Assembly: GCA_963706445.1 (NCBI GenBank)
Contig: OY970160.1
Location: forward strand, 1,056,001 to 1,120,000
Length of the DNA: 64,000 bases
DNA from: an uncultured Nitrososphaerales archaeon
GTDB taxonomy: Archaea; Thermoproteota; Nitrososphaeria; Nitrososphaerales; Gagatemarchaeaceae
Direction of reading: 5' to 3'
Shown here: piece by piece, positions 41,828 through 51,471 of the stretch
Layout: each line of letters starts with the position of its first letter
How positions within the stretch are numbered: position 1 is the first letter of the stretch
Notes under the pieces: generated by a model
The model's input: the letters and a program-made list of their open reading frames with translations, nothing else
Told to the model about the DNA's origin: nothing
Databases searched by the model: none
Translations under genes and position numbers: made by a program

Positions 41828-42273
41828 CCAGAGCTCGCTTCTATAGCATTCGTGATTCCCGAGAAGATATCGGCGACTTTCTTCGTAGCGAACCCCTTCA
41901 GCAGGGTGGAACCGATTCCCGCCATGACACCGGTGATTTCTGCGTCAGCCGTCCAAGTCATCGTGGTCGGGTTGTCCCCGGAAAGGTCGAACCTGCTTTC
42001 TATCTTCATGTTGCTCCCGCTGCCGGCGCCTTCGGCATTCATGGTGGCCTTGGATTGAGGGTCGGTCTTGCTCACTGTCATTTTCATCTTAATGGCGGCC
42101 GAGACCACGGCTATTCTCAGCTTGATCTTCGCCTCGAGGCTAGAGCCGTCTAGGACGTGGACGTCCTCTGCGTCGGGGAGCGTCTTCGCCAGGAAGTTCG
42201 GGTCTGTGAGGAGAGAGTAAACCTTCTCCCTTGGAGAGTTGATGGAGGTTGATCCTTCAAGGTGGAGTTGCAT
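41824..42273 (-). CDS. CoxG/SRPBCC family protein
   Basis: PREKVYSLLTDPNFLAKTLP...TTMTWTADAEITG pattern. Confidence 0.8.
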   Translation of the reverse strand: MQLHLEGSTSINSPREKVYSLLTDPNFLAKTLPDAEDVHVLDGSSLEAKIKLRIAVVSAAIKMKMTVSKTDPQSKATMNAEGAGSGSNMKIESRFDLSGDNPTTMTWTADAEITGVMAGIGSTLLKGFATKKVADIFSGITNAIEASSG

Positions 42274-42304
42274 GTTTTCTCAATTCCCTCTGGTCGAGAT
42301 AAGC

Positions 42305-43528
42305 TCACCGATAGGCTTCGAACTGCCTTCCCAGTACGGAATATGCGATCTTGAGCTCCATTATCTCGTCCGTCCCTTCGTAGATTCTTGCGACCCGCGT
42401 GTCAAGGAAGTGCTTGGCCACGGGCGAAAGGAGGGAGTACCCGAACCCTCCAAAGCACTGGATGGCCCTGTCGGCTGATTCGAATGCGTATCTGGAGGAC
42501 ATGTACTTCGCCACTGCCGAAAGTCTGTCAGCTTCGAGCCTTAGTCCGAGGTTCTTCGGGTCCTTTTCGTATTCGTCCTTTTTCAGTGCGGCACGGTAAA
42601 TTAGCCACCTGCAGGCCTCAAGGCTCGATTCGATGTAGGCGACGTGTTTCTGGATGAGCTGGTGCTTCCCTATCTGCTTGCCGTGTTGGACCCTCGCGGT
42701 CACCCTCTCTTTGACCTGATTGAGACAGTCCTCCATGACCCCGACGCACCCCGATCCTATGCCGATCCTCCCGTTCAGGAGCGCGGAGTAGGCCACCGAC
42801 AGTCCCTTTCCCTCTGCCCCAAGGACGTCTTCTTTGGAGACATGGGCATCCTCGAGCGCAAGCATAGAGGTGTCGGACGTGAACAGTCCTATCTTCTCCT
42901 CCAGTCTCATGTCGACGCTGAACCCCCTGTCCTTCGTGTCGAGGATGAAAGCTGTGACCCCGCCCTCGCCCTCCTGCGGACGGGCGAAAGCGATCAGATG
43001 TGACGCGATGGAACCGTTGGAAATCAGATACTTAGAGCCCGTCAGGCGGAATCCGTCGCCGTCCTTGGTGTACGTGGTCTTCAGTGAGGCGGGGTCAGAA
43101 CCTGCTTCGGGCTCCGTGAGTCCATAGGCAAAGACGATGTCCCCCTTCGCAGCCGCCGGAAGGTACCTCGACTTCTGCTCTTCGCTCCCCCAATCCTGGA
43201 CCGCCAGACTCCCGAGGCACTGGTGGACGTCTGAGAAAGTGATGACTCCCATCCCAGTCTGCCCCATCCTCTCCATGAACAGGGCCTCCACAAGCTGCCG
43301 GCCCCCACGGCCACCGTACCGTTCGTGGATGGGGACCCCCATGAGGTTGTGGCGTTTGAGGACCTCCTTGATCTCGGGGTTGTACTTGCGTTCGACGTAT
43401 CTCTCAAACTCAGACACAACGAGCTCGTTAGCCGCGTCGTCGGCATCTTCCAGTATGGCCAGCTCCTTCTTTTCCAGCCCGACGAGATTCGACACCTCGT
43501 CCACAGATGATTGAAAGAGCGCCTCCAA
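42305..43528 (-). CDS. acyl-CoA dehydrogenase
   Basis: GLTEPEAGSD, GSKYLISNG, FGGFGY and IYEGTDEI motifs. Confidence 0.93.
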   Translation of the reverse strand: MEALFQSSVDEVSNLVGLEKKELAILEDADDAANELVVSEFERYVERKYNPEIKEVLKRHNLMGVPIHERYGGRGGRQLVEALFMERMGQTGMGVITFSDVHQCLGSLAVQDWGSEEQKSRYLPAAAKGDIVFAYGLTEPEAGSDPASLKTTYTKDGDGFRLTGSKYLISNGSIASHLIAFARPQEGEGGVTAFILDTKDRGFSVDMRLEEKIGLFTSDTSMLALEDAHVSKEDVLGAEGKGLSVAYSALLNGRIGIGSGCVGVMEDCLNQVKERVTARVQHGKQIGKHQLIQKHVAYIESSLEACRWLIYRAALKKDEYEKDPKNLGLRLEADRLSAVAKYMSSRYAFESADRAIQCFGGFGYSLLSPVAKHFLDTRVARIYEGTDEIMELKIAYSVLGRQFEAYR

Positions 43529-43658
43529 ACCTGACCACCCGAGGTGGGTGGGCCGAGCCTTTAATCCTCTCGCAAAAGCACCCCTTTAGTACAAGAGCTG
43601 TTTTCTTCAACTCGGTGGATGAATTGAGGCGACAAGCTTGAAGACGAAGGTCTCCCCT

Positions 43659-43841
43659 ATGTTCCTGACTTACTTCATGGTGCAGTGGGACGGCGTGAAG
43701 CAAAAGCCTAGCGACCAGAAGTGCACTCTGTGCGGCAAGCCCCTGTCACGGACGGAGTTTTTCACCGATGAGAAGGGGGTCAACTACGAGGGTTACGTCT
43801 GCCACCCTGACAAGCAGGTGACCTGGTTGAGGTCGGCCTAG
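43659..43841 (+). CDS. small Zn-ribbon-like protein
   Basis: CTLC...CHPD; TTTAAT and TTTAGT upstream; start uncertain. Confidence 0.55.
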   Translation: MFLTYFMVQWDGVKQKPSDQKCTLCGKPLSRTEFFTDEKGVNYEGYVCHPDKQVTWLRSA

Positions 43842-44164
43842 GGACCCGTTGCCTTCTTCGGCCTGAAACCTTCCCCATATTGGAATGATCGGCCCATGTT
43901 CTTCGACCACTTCTTCTCGAAGACGAGGTCCAGGTCGGCGTTCGGGTCAATCAGCCTCGAAGCGTCTAGGACGTAGAATATCACGTCGATGAGCTCCTCG
44001 ATAGTCTCCTCGGTCGGCTTTCCCTTCTTCCAGGAGTCGCCTGCCTCCCCGAGCTCGATGAAAGCGAAGAGCAGCTTGTTGGCGATCTCGTCAGGAGTAT
44101 TTCCGAATCCCTTCGCCAGAACGAGTTCTTCGACCTTCTTCTTGGACTGTTCTAGAGTCGGCAC
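43838..44164 (-). CDS. MazG-like NTP pyrophosphohydrolase
   Basis: IELGEA...EELIDVIFY motif. Confidence 0.8.
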   Translation of the reverse strand: MPTLEQSKKKVEELVLAKGFGNTPDEIANKLLFAFIELGEAGDSWKKGKPTEETIEELIDVIFYVLDASRLIDPNADLDLVFEKKWSKNMGRSFQYGEGFRPKKATGP

Positions 44165-44187
44165 GGGCCCGGGCGTCGGTTGAAGTC

Positions 44188-44880
44188 CTAAGAAGCTTTA
44201 CGCTTCGGAGCGACCACCGTTCGATAATACTCGCATGTACCTGTCAGGGTGCAGGAGTCGCAGCGCGGGCCTATGGGTTTGCAGGTGGTCTGTCCGAACC
44301 TCACAAACAGATCGTTCAGTTCGAGCCAATATCGCTTCGGGACCGACTTCACAAGCGCCGCCTCGGTATCCTCGGGTTTCTTTGTCTTGACCAAACCGAG
44401 CCTGTTCGAAATCCTGTGGACGTGGGTGTCCACGGGGATCGCAGGCTTGTTGAAAGCGTACACGAGGACGCAGTTCGCCGTCTTCCGGCCCACCGCCCTC
44501 AGCTTCAGCAGGTCCTCCTCGTTGTCCGGGACCACCCCTCCGAACTGTTCGACGAGCTGGCGGGAGGCTATCATTATGTTCTTGGTCTTCATATTGTAAA
44601 ACCCCGAGGGGCGTATGAGCTTCCTCACAATCGCAGGGCTGGCCGACGCCAGCTCCTCGGGTGTCTTGTATTTTGAAAACAGATTTTCAGTCGCTTTCGT
44701 CGTGTTTTCATCCTTCGTCCTGTGAGAAAGGATTGTCCCGATGAGTATGCGGAAGGGGTCCCCTCCCTCGGCGTCCTGGAGCTGGGCAAGGGCGGTGGCC
44801 CTCTTGTCCGTGGAGTCGTACACCATCTTCCGCATCTCTCCCAGAATCTGAGAGATCCCTAAGCGCCTTCTGCTACCCAA
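44188..44880 (-). CDS. nth: endonuclease III (HhH-GPD glycosylase)
   Basis: [15 protein letters not shown] and C-x6-C-x2-C-x5-C Fe-S motif; start uncertain. Confidence 0.92.
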   Translation of the reverse strand: MGSRRRLGISQILGEMRKMVYDSTDKRATALAQLQDAEGGDPFRILIGTILSHRTKDENTTKATENLFSKYKTPEELASASPAIVRKLIRPSGFYNMKTKNIMIASRQLVEQFGGVVPDNEEDLLKLRAVGRKTANCVLVYAFNKPAIPVDTHVHRISNRLGLVKTKKPEDTEAALVKSVPKRYWLELNDLFVRFGQTTCKPIGPRCDSCTLTGTCEYYRTVVAPKRKAS

Positions 44881-45782
44881 GGTTCCTTCTTGTACCAGTT
44901 CGCGATTTCATCGGAGGTGCTCTTCAGGGTGTATGCGGGGGAGTAACCGAGACCCTTCCAGCTATCCTGATCGCCCATTCGCGGGCAAGCCTTCAGCTGA
45001 TTCGAAGTGTACTTGGACAGAGACGACGAAGAGAACATCCCCTGGCCCTTGATTTCCGCCTCCTTTCCCGTGGAGGCAATGATTGCGCGGGCAAGGTCTC
45101 CCGGGGTCGCGTCGAACGACTTCACCAGGTAGCTGCTTCCGGTAGGTGCTTGGCCCGTGGCTGCCTTGTACATGGCCTGTCCGATGTCTTTTGGATGTGA
45201 AAATGACATCGCGTCACTGGGGGGCAGGACGACCTTTCCGTCTCCTATCATGCGCAGAATTGGGATGACCAAAGACTCGTCCCTCGAGCCCACTGCTTTG
45301 GCTGACCTAATCACCGCAACCCTGGGGGTCGCATTCCTTTTCGAAAACTCAGCCAGAAGCCGCTCTGCTTCTGCCTTTGACCTTTGGTATTCGTCTGACG
45401 GGTTGATTGGCGTCGTTGCGTCGATGACCTTCGCCCCGAACCCGTAGATGTCAATCGTGCTCAGATGGACGAAAGCCTTCACCTTGGACTCTGTCGCGAC
45501 CTCCAAGAGGTTCAGGAGCCCTTCTGTGTTTGATTTCTGGAAGTCTGAATCAGAGTCAGGCATCGGGGACGCCATGTTGTAGACGACCTCTATGTCCTCC
45601 ATCGCTTCATGGAGTGAATGATGGTCAAGCAGGTCCGCTTCCAGACCCTGGACGCCGTTGGCATCCATTATCTTGAGGTGTGAGCCCTTCCGGAACACTC
45701 CCTTCGAAATCTCCCCCTGCTGGAAGAGGTACTCTACGACATGCCCGCCTACAAAGCCGGTGGCGCCTACCAGGAGGTTCAA
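44859..45782 (-). CDS. NAD-dependent epimerase/dehydratase (extended SDR)
   Basis: GATGFVG and YQRSK motifs. Confidence 0.88.
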   Translation of the reverse strand: MNLLVGATGFVGGHVVEYLFQQGEISKGVFRKGSHLKIMDANGVQGLEADLLDHHSLHEAMEDIEVVYNMASPMPDSDSDFQKSNTEGLLNLLEVATESKVKAFVHLSTIDIYGFGAKVIDATTPINPSDEYQRSKAEAERLLAEFSKRNATPRVAVIRSAKAVGSRDESLVIPILRMIGDGKVVLPPSDAMSFSHPKDIGQAMYKAATGQAPTGSSYLVKSFDATPGDLARAIIASTGKEAEIKGQGMFSSSSLSKYTSNQLKACPRMGDQDSWKGLGYSPAYTLKSTSDEIANWYKKEPWVAEGA

Positions 45783-46096
45783 TGCTGCCCCCCTTCCTCA
45801 CCGAGGTGTAGATGGTGGTGGTGCTCGTCTTTTCCTGGCTTGGCTTCGAAATCACCTCTTACTAGCTTGAGCTGAAGGTCCTCTTCGAACTTCGGGAAAT
45901 CTCCCGTTAGGGTCGTGAGAGTGCCCTTTGCCGCCCGGCTGAACTGCGGGGAGAAATTCTGTCCCCCGAACCTGCCGTAGGCGACCCCGGAGAATCGGAC
46001 TTTCTCCCCCTTGATTTCGATGTAGCCTCGTATCAGGTTCGCAATCTCACCCTCGCTCACATAATCAATGGTGACCTGATATGGTGGCAGGCTCAA
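45779..46096 (-). CDS. hypothetical protein with His-rich C-terminus
   Basis: 105 aa ending [16 protein letters not shown]; 4-nt overlap with the epimerase gene. Confidence 0.65.
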   Translation of the reverse strand: MSLPPYQVTIDYVSEGEIANLIRGYIEIKGEKVRFSGVAYGRFGGQNFSPQFSRAAKGTLTTLTGDFPKFEEDLQLKLVRGDFEAKPGKDEHHHHLHLGEEGGQH

Positions 46097-46153
46097 TGAT
46101 AGTTTGACCCCTTCTTTTCCCGCTTAAAGCCAGTTACTGACCCTGAAGCTCTG

Positions 46154-46582
46154 TCACATCTCAAAGTCAGGCGGACGGTAGCGTGCCTGGACCATCTCCT
46201 TCAGGGAGGTGACCAGCGCGAAGCTCGAGTTGACGATGTCGGTTTGGGTGATTATTCCGACTAGCCTACCTTCGTCCATCACAGGGAGCTTCTTCACTCC
46301 GGCGTCAGCCATGGTCTTGGCCGCCACTTCGAGCCGTTCTTCTGGGGACACTGTGATGAGCTTCTTGCGCCCTACTGTGACCGTGGTCGAGTCTGGGTCC
46401 ATTCCCTTCGCCACGAACCTCGAGATGTCCCCTTCTGTGAGGATTCCAACGGGGTTCGGACCCTTCAAGACGACCAGCGCTCCGATCCTCCACTTGGCCA
46501 TTGCTCTTGCAGCCTCACTGACGGTTGCACCCGCTTCGGTCGTCCTCACTTTTGTCGTCATGACGTCCTTGACGTAGATCAT
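46154..46582 (-). CDS. tandem CBS-domain protein
   Basis: VKDVMT...VGILTEGD...LPV...VGIITQTD. Confidence 0.9.
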   Translation of the reverse strand: MIYVKDVMTTKVRTTEAGATVSEAARAMAKWRIGALVVLKGPNPVGILTEGDISRFVAKGMDPDSTTVTVGRKKLITVSPEERLEVAAKTMADAGVKKLPVMDEGRLVGIITQTDIVNSSFALVTSLKEMVQARYRPPDFEM

Positions 46583-46586
46583 GACG

Positions 46587-47042
46587 TCATCTCGCAATCA
46601 GAACTGCGCATGGTGAGTGGTTCACCAAACCGGACGAGACGCTTCCGAGAATCAACTTCCTGAATCCGGTCATCCCCCTCGTCCCCGCGATTATCAGGTC
46701 TGCCTTCTCAGCGGCAGCGAGCTCGACCAGCGCCTGGACGACGGATGGTGCTTCGATCAGTTCACCCTTGGCTCTGATCCCCTGCTCATTTGCCAGCTGC
46801 ACTCCTCTTGCGAGTACTCCCTTGGCTGATTCCCTCTTCGCCTCCTCGAGCTCGGTGTAGTCAGGGACTGGTATCCCCGAACCTCCGGTGAACCCGATGG
46901 TAGGGGAGGAGAACACGTGCACTAGAATCACATCCGACCCGAACTTCGAAGAGATCGACCCGGCGAGCCTGACTGCATTCTCAGAGTCCTTCGAACCGTC
47001 GAAGGCCACGAGCACCTTGGCGAACTCATTGTTGCTGACCAT
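46587..47042 (-). CDS. universal stress protein (UspA family)
   Basis: VLVAFDGS and DLIIAGTRG...LGSVS motifs. Confidence 0.93.
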   Translation of the reverse strand: MVSNNEFAKVLVAFDGSKDSENAVRLAGSISSKFGSDVILVHVFSSPTIGFTGGSGIPVPDYTELEEAKRESAKGVLARGVQLANEQGIRAKGELIEAPSVVQALVELAAAEKADLIIAGTRGMTGFRKLILGSVSSGLVNHSPCAVLIAR

Positions 47043-47286
47043 GTTCTCGGTTGCTCGGAGTGCATGTCATTATTTAATGCGGGGGGGCTATTCCCAGGAT
47101 TGAGAAACGGCGGCACGATACCGCTTGGTGTGTGGATTGCTCACTGTTTGGGGCAAACTCTGACCTAAGCAATGAGGGAGACTCGCATCGTGGGATTCGT
47201 CGAATGAAACGATTCTCTTCCTCCAGCGGTTCCCCAAAACTGATTATCAGATACGAAAATCGTCTCAGGACGTTATATGCCCGCCA

Positions 47287-47862
47287 ATGTCGGCACGGTC
47301 TATGGAAAACGTAACTGCAACACGAACCACCAATGGCAAGTGGGCCGGGAGATTCATCTGGGCCTCTGTCATTCAGGGACTCATCGCAGTCATAGCCACC
47401 ATCCTCATTATCGAGCCTTGGAGCTTCTTTGGCATCAACTCCTACTTCTCGCCATCAAAGGTCATCGCAGCAAATGGAGCCGGGACCTGGATGTTCACCG
47501 GTTACATCGCGTTCTTGGTCGTAGGCGTAGTCGCGACAGCAGTAACCGCTATCTTCTACTTCTACATTGAAGGCATCCAAGGCAAAGTGTACAAAGGATT
47601 CTCGAACCTGCTAGCTTGGGGCCACCTACTCTTCATGAACGTCGGAGTCGCCGGGGCCATGATCATAATGATGTATCAAGGCTACCTGGCCGGCGTTGCC
47701 GCGACCCCAATTGCAAGCGGCGGCCTGGGATACAACGCAGGGCAGATTCACGTCAATATTCTAAGCTGGACGGTCGACCCAATCGGGGGGCTCATCCTCC
47801 TCGCGTGCGTCGGATCCATACTTGGTGGTCTCGGGTACTTTCTGAGAAGCGCGTCCAAGTAG
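47287..47862 (+). CDS. 4-TM membrane protein of unknown function
   Basis: Four hydrophobic segments with His in TM3 (LAWGHLLFMN); the true start may be the ATG at 47302. Confidence 0.7.
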   Translation: MSARSMENVTATRTTNGKWAGRFIWASVIQGLIAVIATILIIEPWSFFGINSYFSPSKVIAANGAGTWMFTGYIAFLVVGVVATAVTAIFYFYIEGIQGKVYKGFSNLLAWGHLLFMNVGVAGAMIIMMYQGYLAGVAATPIASGGLGYNAGQIHVNILSWTVDPIGGLILLACVGSILGGLGYFLRSASK

Positions 47863-47940
47863 GACACGCTTCCTCCCTGTTTTTCAGTATCGGCAGCGCC
47901 TGAATAAACTCAAATACGCTGAGACTCCGCTTTCAACCGT

Positions 47941-48303
47941 TTGGAGATTACCGACCAGTCTAGAGTCCAGGCGCTAGTCCAGGGACTCGCAGATGAATAC
48001 TCGAGGAAGATACTGCTCTCCGCCATACCGAAGGCGAAGTCAGTGGAGGACATGAGCAGGGAGAACGACATCCCGCTCAGCACCTGCTACAGGAGGGTGC
48101 ACGAGCTGCTGGACGGGCAGATACTTGTCGTCGAGAAGATAATCGTGACCCCCGATGGGAAGAAGTACGAGCTCCTCAGGAGCGCATTCAGGTCAGTCAG
48201 CGTGTCATTCGACGGCGGGGTTATGAAGGTCGACGCGACCATCAATGAGGATGTCGCAGAGAAACTCAGAAGGATGTGGCTGTCCATGAGGGAGACGGCG
48301 TGA
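47941..48303 (+). CDS. winged-helix (ArsR-like) transcriptional regulator
   Basis: LADEYSRKIL...IPLSTCYRRVHEL pattern. Confidence 0.85.
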   Translation: MEITDQSRVQALVQGLADEYSRKILLSAIPKAKSVEDMSRENDIPLSTCYRRVHELLDGQILVVEKIIVTPDGKKYELLRSAFRSVSVSFDGGVMKVDATINEDVAEKLRRMWLSMRETA

Positions 48304-48362
48304 TTGCCACCCATGGGAATCGGCTCCAAGGTTTTAAGGGGATGCGGAGGTGAGTTCGCATA

Positions 48363-48641
48363 GTGTTAGATCCAATCTATCTTGACGTAGCGCAAGCGCT
48401 AATCCTCATATTCGGTGGCGTCGTAGTCTTCTACGCACTCCGCTCGTACCGGAGGACGAAGAGCCAATCGATGCTGCTCTTGGCGCTGGGGTTCGCCTGC
48501 GTCGCCATCGGGGCGGTAGTGGCGGGAATCATCTACAACCTGAATACAGCAGACCTCAGCACACCGGTGACCGTGCAGGCGTACAGCCAGGCACTCGGCT
48601 TCCTCATCATCCTGTTTTCGCTGGCCAGAGCCAAGAGCTGA
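48363..48641 (+). CDS. small 3-TM membrane protein
   Basis: ALRSYRRTKSQSMLLLALGF pattern, of the type seen in small archaeal membrane partners of wHTH regulators. Confidence 0.7.
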   Translation: MLDPIYLDVAQALILIFGGVVVFYALRSYRRTKSQSMLLLALGFACVAIGAVVAGIIYNLNTADLSTPVTVQAYSQALGFLIILFSLARAKS

Positions 48642-48730
48642 AGATCTCAGGGCCGGGTGAGTCCCAGTTCCAATCCTGGGAACTGTGAGGTCGACTTTTA
48701 ACCCGGCCGGGCGGCAGGACACAGATCGCG

Positions 48731-51415
48731 ATGATTGAAAAGTTCGAGGGGGACGTCGTCCTCAAGGACGGGTCCCTGGTCCATGTGAGAAGAGCCGCAG
48801 AGGAAGACAGAGTGCTCCTTGGAGATTTCCTCGACGGCCTTGCGGCGGGAACGATCGCCTCGAGGTTCCCAGGAAAGGCAGCCAGGGGGAGGGAGCTCCT
48901 GCCAGAGATATTTTCGCCCGACTCCAAGCTGAGCCTGATAGCCCTCAGAGACCAAAAGGTGGTGGCAGAGGCCGACTACAGGAAGACTGCGGCGAAGTCG
49001 GCGGTCGCAGGGGTCGCAGTATCAGAGGCATACCAGAGGAAAGGACTGGGCACGATTCTCCTCGCACAGCTGTCACAGGCAGCTGCGGCTGCGGGGATCA
49101 CAGACTTCACCATAATCGTCCCGGCCGACGCGCACTACAAACTGAATTTCGTACAGGAGATGGGATATCCTGTCCACGTCGGCGCCCCCAGGGGGTTCGT
49201 CCAGGTCACGTTTCCCACCTCGATCAAGCCGGAAGGGCTGGAGGCCTTCGAGAAGAGCGAGGCGTACTACGCCTCGACGGCCGTCGGATATTTTCTAAAG
49301 CCTGAGAGCATCGCCGTCATCGGTGCTTCGAGGGAAAAGAACTCCATAGGCGGAGCGCTCTTCGCGAACATCATCGAAGGGGGATTCAAAGGGCCGGTCT
49401 ATCCGGTGAACAGGGAAGCAGGCTACGTGCAGTCGGTGGCCGCCTTCAAGTCAGTGAGCGACTGTCCAGGCCCAGTCGGCCTGGCGTTCGTTGTGGTGCC
49501 CGCAAGGTTCGTCCCGTCGGTGGTCAGGGAGTGCGCCCAGAAGGGGGTCAGGGCGATAGTCGTGATTTCCTCAGGGTTCGCCGAAGTGGGCGGGGATGGC
49601 AAGAAGCTGCAGGAGGAGCTGGTCGGGGTCTGCAGAGAGACGGGCATCCGAATGATAGGCCCCAACTGCATGGGGATAATCAACACGGAGGGCAACGTCA
49701 TGCTCAACGGGCAGTTCTCCCCTGTTAAGCCCACCCAGGGTGACGTTGGGTTCCTTTCGCAGTCCGGGGCGCTCGGCTACGCGATAATCGACCAGATGGG
49801 GCGCCTTGGGCTTGGGATGTCGAGCTTTGTCTCGGTGGGGAACAAGGCGGACATCTCTGGGAACGACTTGATACAGTACTGGGAGAACGACGAGAAGACT
49901 GGGGTAATCCTCCTTCATCTGGAGTCCTTCGGGCACCCGAGGAAGTTCGCCAGGTTGGCGAAGAGGATTGCGAGGAAGAAGCCCATGGTTATCGTGAAGA
50001 GCGGGAGGTCTGCCGCGGGGTTCAGGGGGACCCAATCCCACACGGGCGCCATCGTCGCCTCCTCGGACATCACCGTGGACGCCCTCTTCAGGCAGTCCGG
50101 GGTGTCTCGGACCGACACCCTGGAAGAGATGTTCGACCTGGCGGCGTTCTATTCGACTCAGCCCCTCCCCAGGGGGGACAGGGTCGCGATCATCACGAAC
50201 GCCGGGGGGCCGGGCATCCTCGCTGCGGACGCATGCGAGAGCCTTGGGCTGAAGGTCCCCGTGCTCTCCGAGAAGACAAAGGCCGAACTCAGGAAGTTCC
50301 TCCTCCCCATCGCAGGGACCAGCAATCCGGTCGACATGACCTCCGTGGCATCGGGGGATGACTACTCCAGCGCAATCCGCGTCATCTCCAAGGATCAGAA
50401 CGTTGACGCTCTAATCGTGATATTCATACCTCCAATCGCAGTACGAACAGAAGACGTAGCAAGGGGGATCGTCGGCGCGGTCGGGGACCTGAAGGGGGAG
50501 ATGCCCGTGATCGCGACGTTCATGGCCGCCAAGGGGATATCGGGTCAGCTATCCGGCGGGTCGGTGAAGGTCCCAGCCTACCAATTCCCCGAGTCGGCTG
50601 CCCGGGTCCTCGCCCATGCGACCAACAGGAGGAGATGGCTCGACGCACCAAGGGGGAAGGTGATCGAGTATCCCGAGGCCAGAAGGCTCGAAGCGGCGGC
50701 GCTCGTCTCGAGGGCCCTTGAGGAAGGGAGAGGATGGCTAACTCCGGCGGAGAACCATGAGCTGCTGTCGTGCTACGGCATAAGGGAGGCGAGGAGTGCC
50801 ACCGTGGACACCCCCGAGGCAGCCTCCAATGCGGCTAGGGAGATCGGCGGGAGAGTGGCGCTGAAGGCGGCGGCCCCCGGACTGGTCCACAAATCGGAGG
50901 TTGGAGGGGTAAGGACAGGGCTGGCACCAGGCGAAGTGGAGGCGGCCGCGGTGGAGATGGAACAGAGGCTCGAAGGTCAGGGGATCAAGGACGCTCGGTT
51001 CGTGGTCCAGGAAATGGTCGAGGAAGGCGTTGAGATGTTCGTCGGCATGACGAACGACCCCAGCTTCGGGCCGCTCTTGGCCTGCGGGGCTGGAGGGAAG
51101 CTGGTCGAACTCATCAAGGACGTCTCAGTCAAGCTGACACCGCTGAATGACGTCGATGCTGCGGAGATGGTACGGTCCCTGAAGACATTCCCGGTCCTGG
51201 ACGGGTACAGGGGGGACCCAAAGCGAGACGTCGGTGCGTTGGAAGACACGATTCTCAGGCTGGGAGCCCTCGTCGAGGACATCCCAGAGCTCGCTGAGCT
51301 GGACCTCAACCCGGTGTTTGTCCTGAACAAAGGGAAAGGAGCCGTCGTCGCCGACGCCAGGATAAGGGTCGCCGAGGGGGACCTTCCCCTCCCTCTGGGC
51401 GCCAAGAAAAGATAG
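48731..51415 (+). CDS. GNAT + ADP-forming acyl-CoA synthetase (alpha+beta) fusion, Pat-like architecture
   Basis: N-terminal LKDGS...YQRKGLGTILL GNAT; IAVIGAS, GPNCMG, SQSGA, SHTGA and NPVD motifs; C-terminal ATP-grasp (HKSEVGGV, LDLNPV). Confidence 0.88.
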   Translation: MIEKFEGDVVLKDGSLVHVRRAAEEDRVLLGDFLDGLAAGTIASRFPGKAARGRELLPEIFSPDSKLSLIALRDQKVVAEADYRKTAAKSAVAGVAVSEAYQRKGLGTILLAQLSQAAAAAGITDFTIIVPADAHYKLNFVQEMGYPVHVGAPRGFVQVTFPTSIKPEGLEAFEKSEAYYASTAVGYFLKPESIAVIGASREKNSIGGALFANIIEGGFKGPVYPVNREAGYVQSVAAFKSVSDCPGPVGLAFVVVPARFVPSVVRECAQKGVRAIVVISSGFAEVGGDGKKLQEELVGVCRETGIRMIGPNCMGIINTEGNVMLNGQFSPVKPTQGDVGFLSQSGALGYAIIDQMGRLGLGMSSFVSVGNKADISGNDLIQYWENDEKTGVILLHLESFGHPRKFARLAKRIARKKPMVIVKSGRSAAGFRGTQSHTGAIVASSDITVDALFRQSGVSRTDTLEEMFDLAAFYSTQPLPRGDRVAIITNAGGPGILAADACESLGLKVPVLSEKTKAELRKFLLPIAGTSNPVDMTSVASGDDYSSAIRVISKDQNVDALIVIFIPPIAVRTEDVARGIVGAVGDLKGEMPVIATFMAAKGISGQLSGGSVKVPAYQFPESAARVLAHATNRRRWLDAPRGKVIEYPEARRLEAAALVSRALEEGRGWLTPAENHELLSCYGIREARSATVDTPEAASNAAREIGGRVALKAAAPGLVHKSEVGGVRTGLAPGEVEAAAVEMEQRLEGQGIKDARFVVQEMVEEGVEMFVGMTNDPSFGPLLACGAGGKLVELIKDVSVKLTPLNDVDAAEMVRSLKTFPVLDGYRGDPKRDVGALEDTILRLGALVEDIPELAELDLNPVFVLNKGKGAVVADARIRVAEGDLPLPLGAKKR

Positions 51416-51471
51416 TATCTGCCGAAGCGCTTCGGGAGAACCCGTATATTCGCAACGAATATCTGAAGCCC

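Noticed and set aside
41824-42273. CoxG as evidence for CO oxidation
   Set aside because: No coxLMS genes nearby; SRPBCC proteins are widespread lipid or ligand binders, and this one follows an acyl-CoA dehydrogenase.
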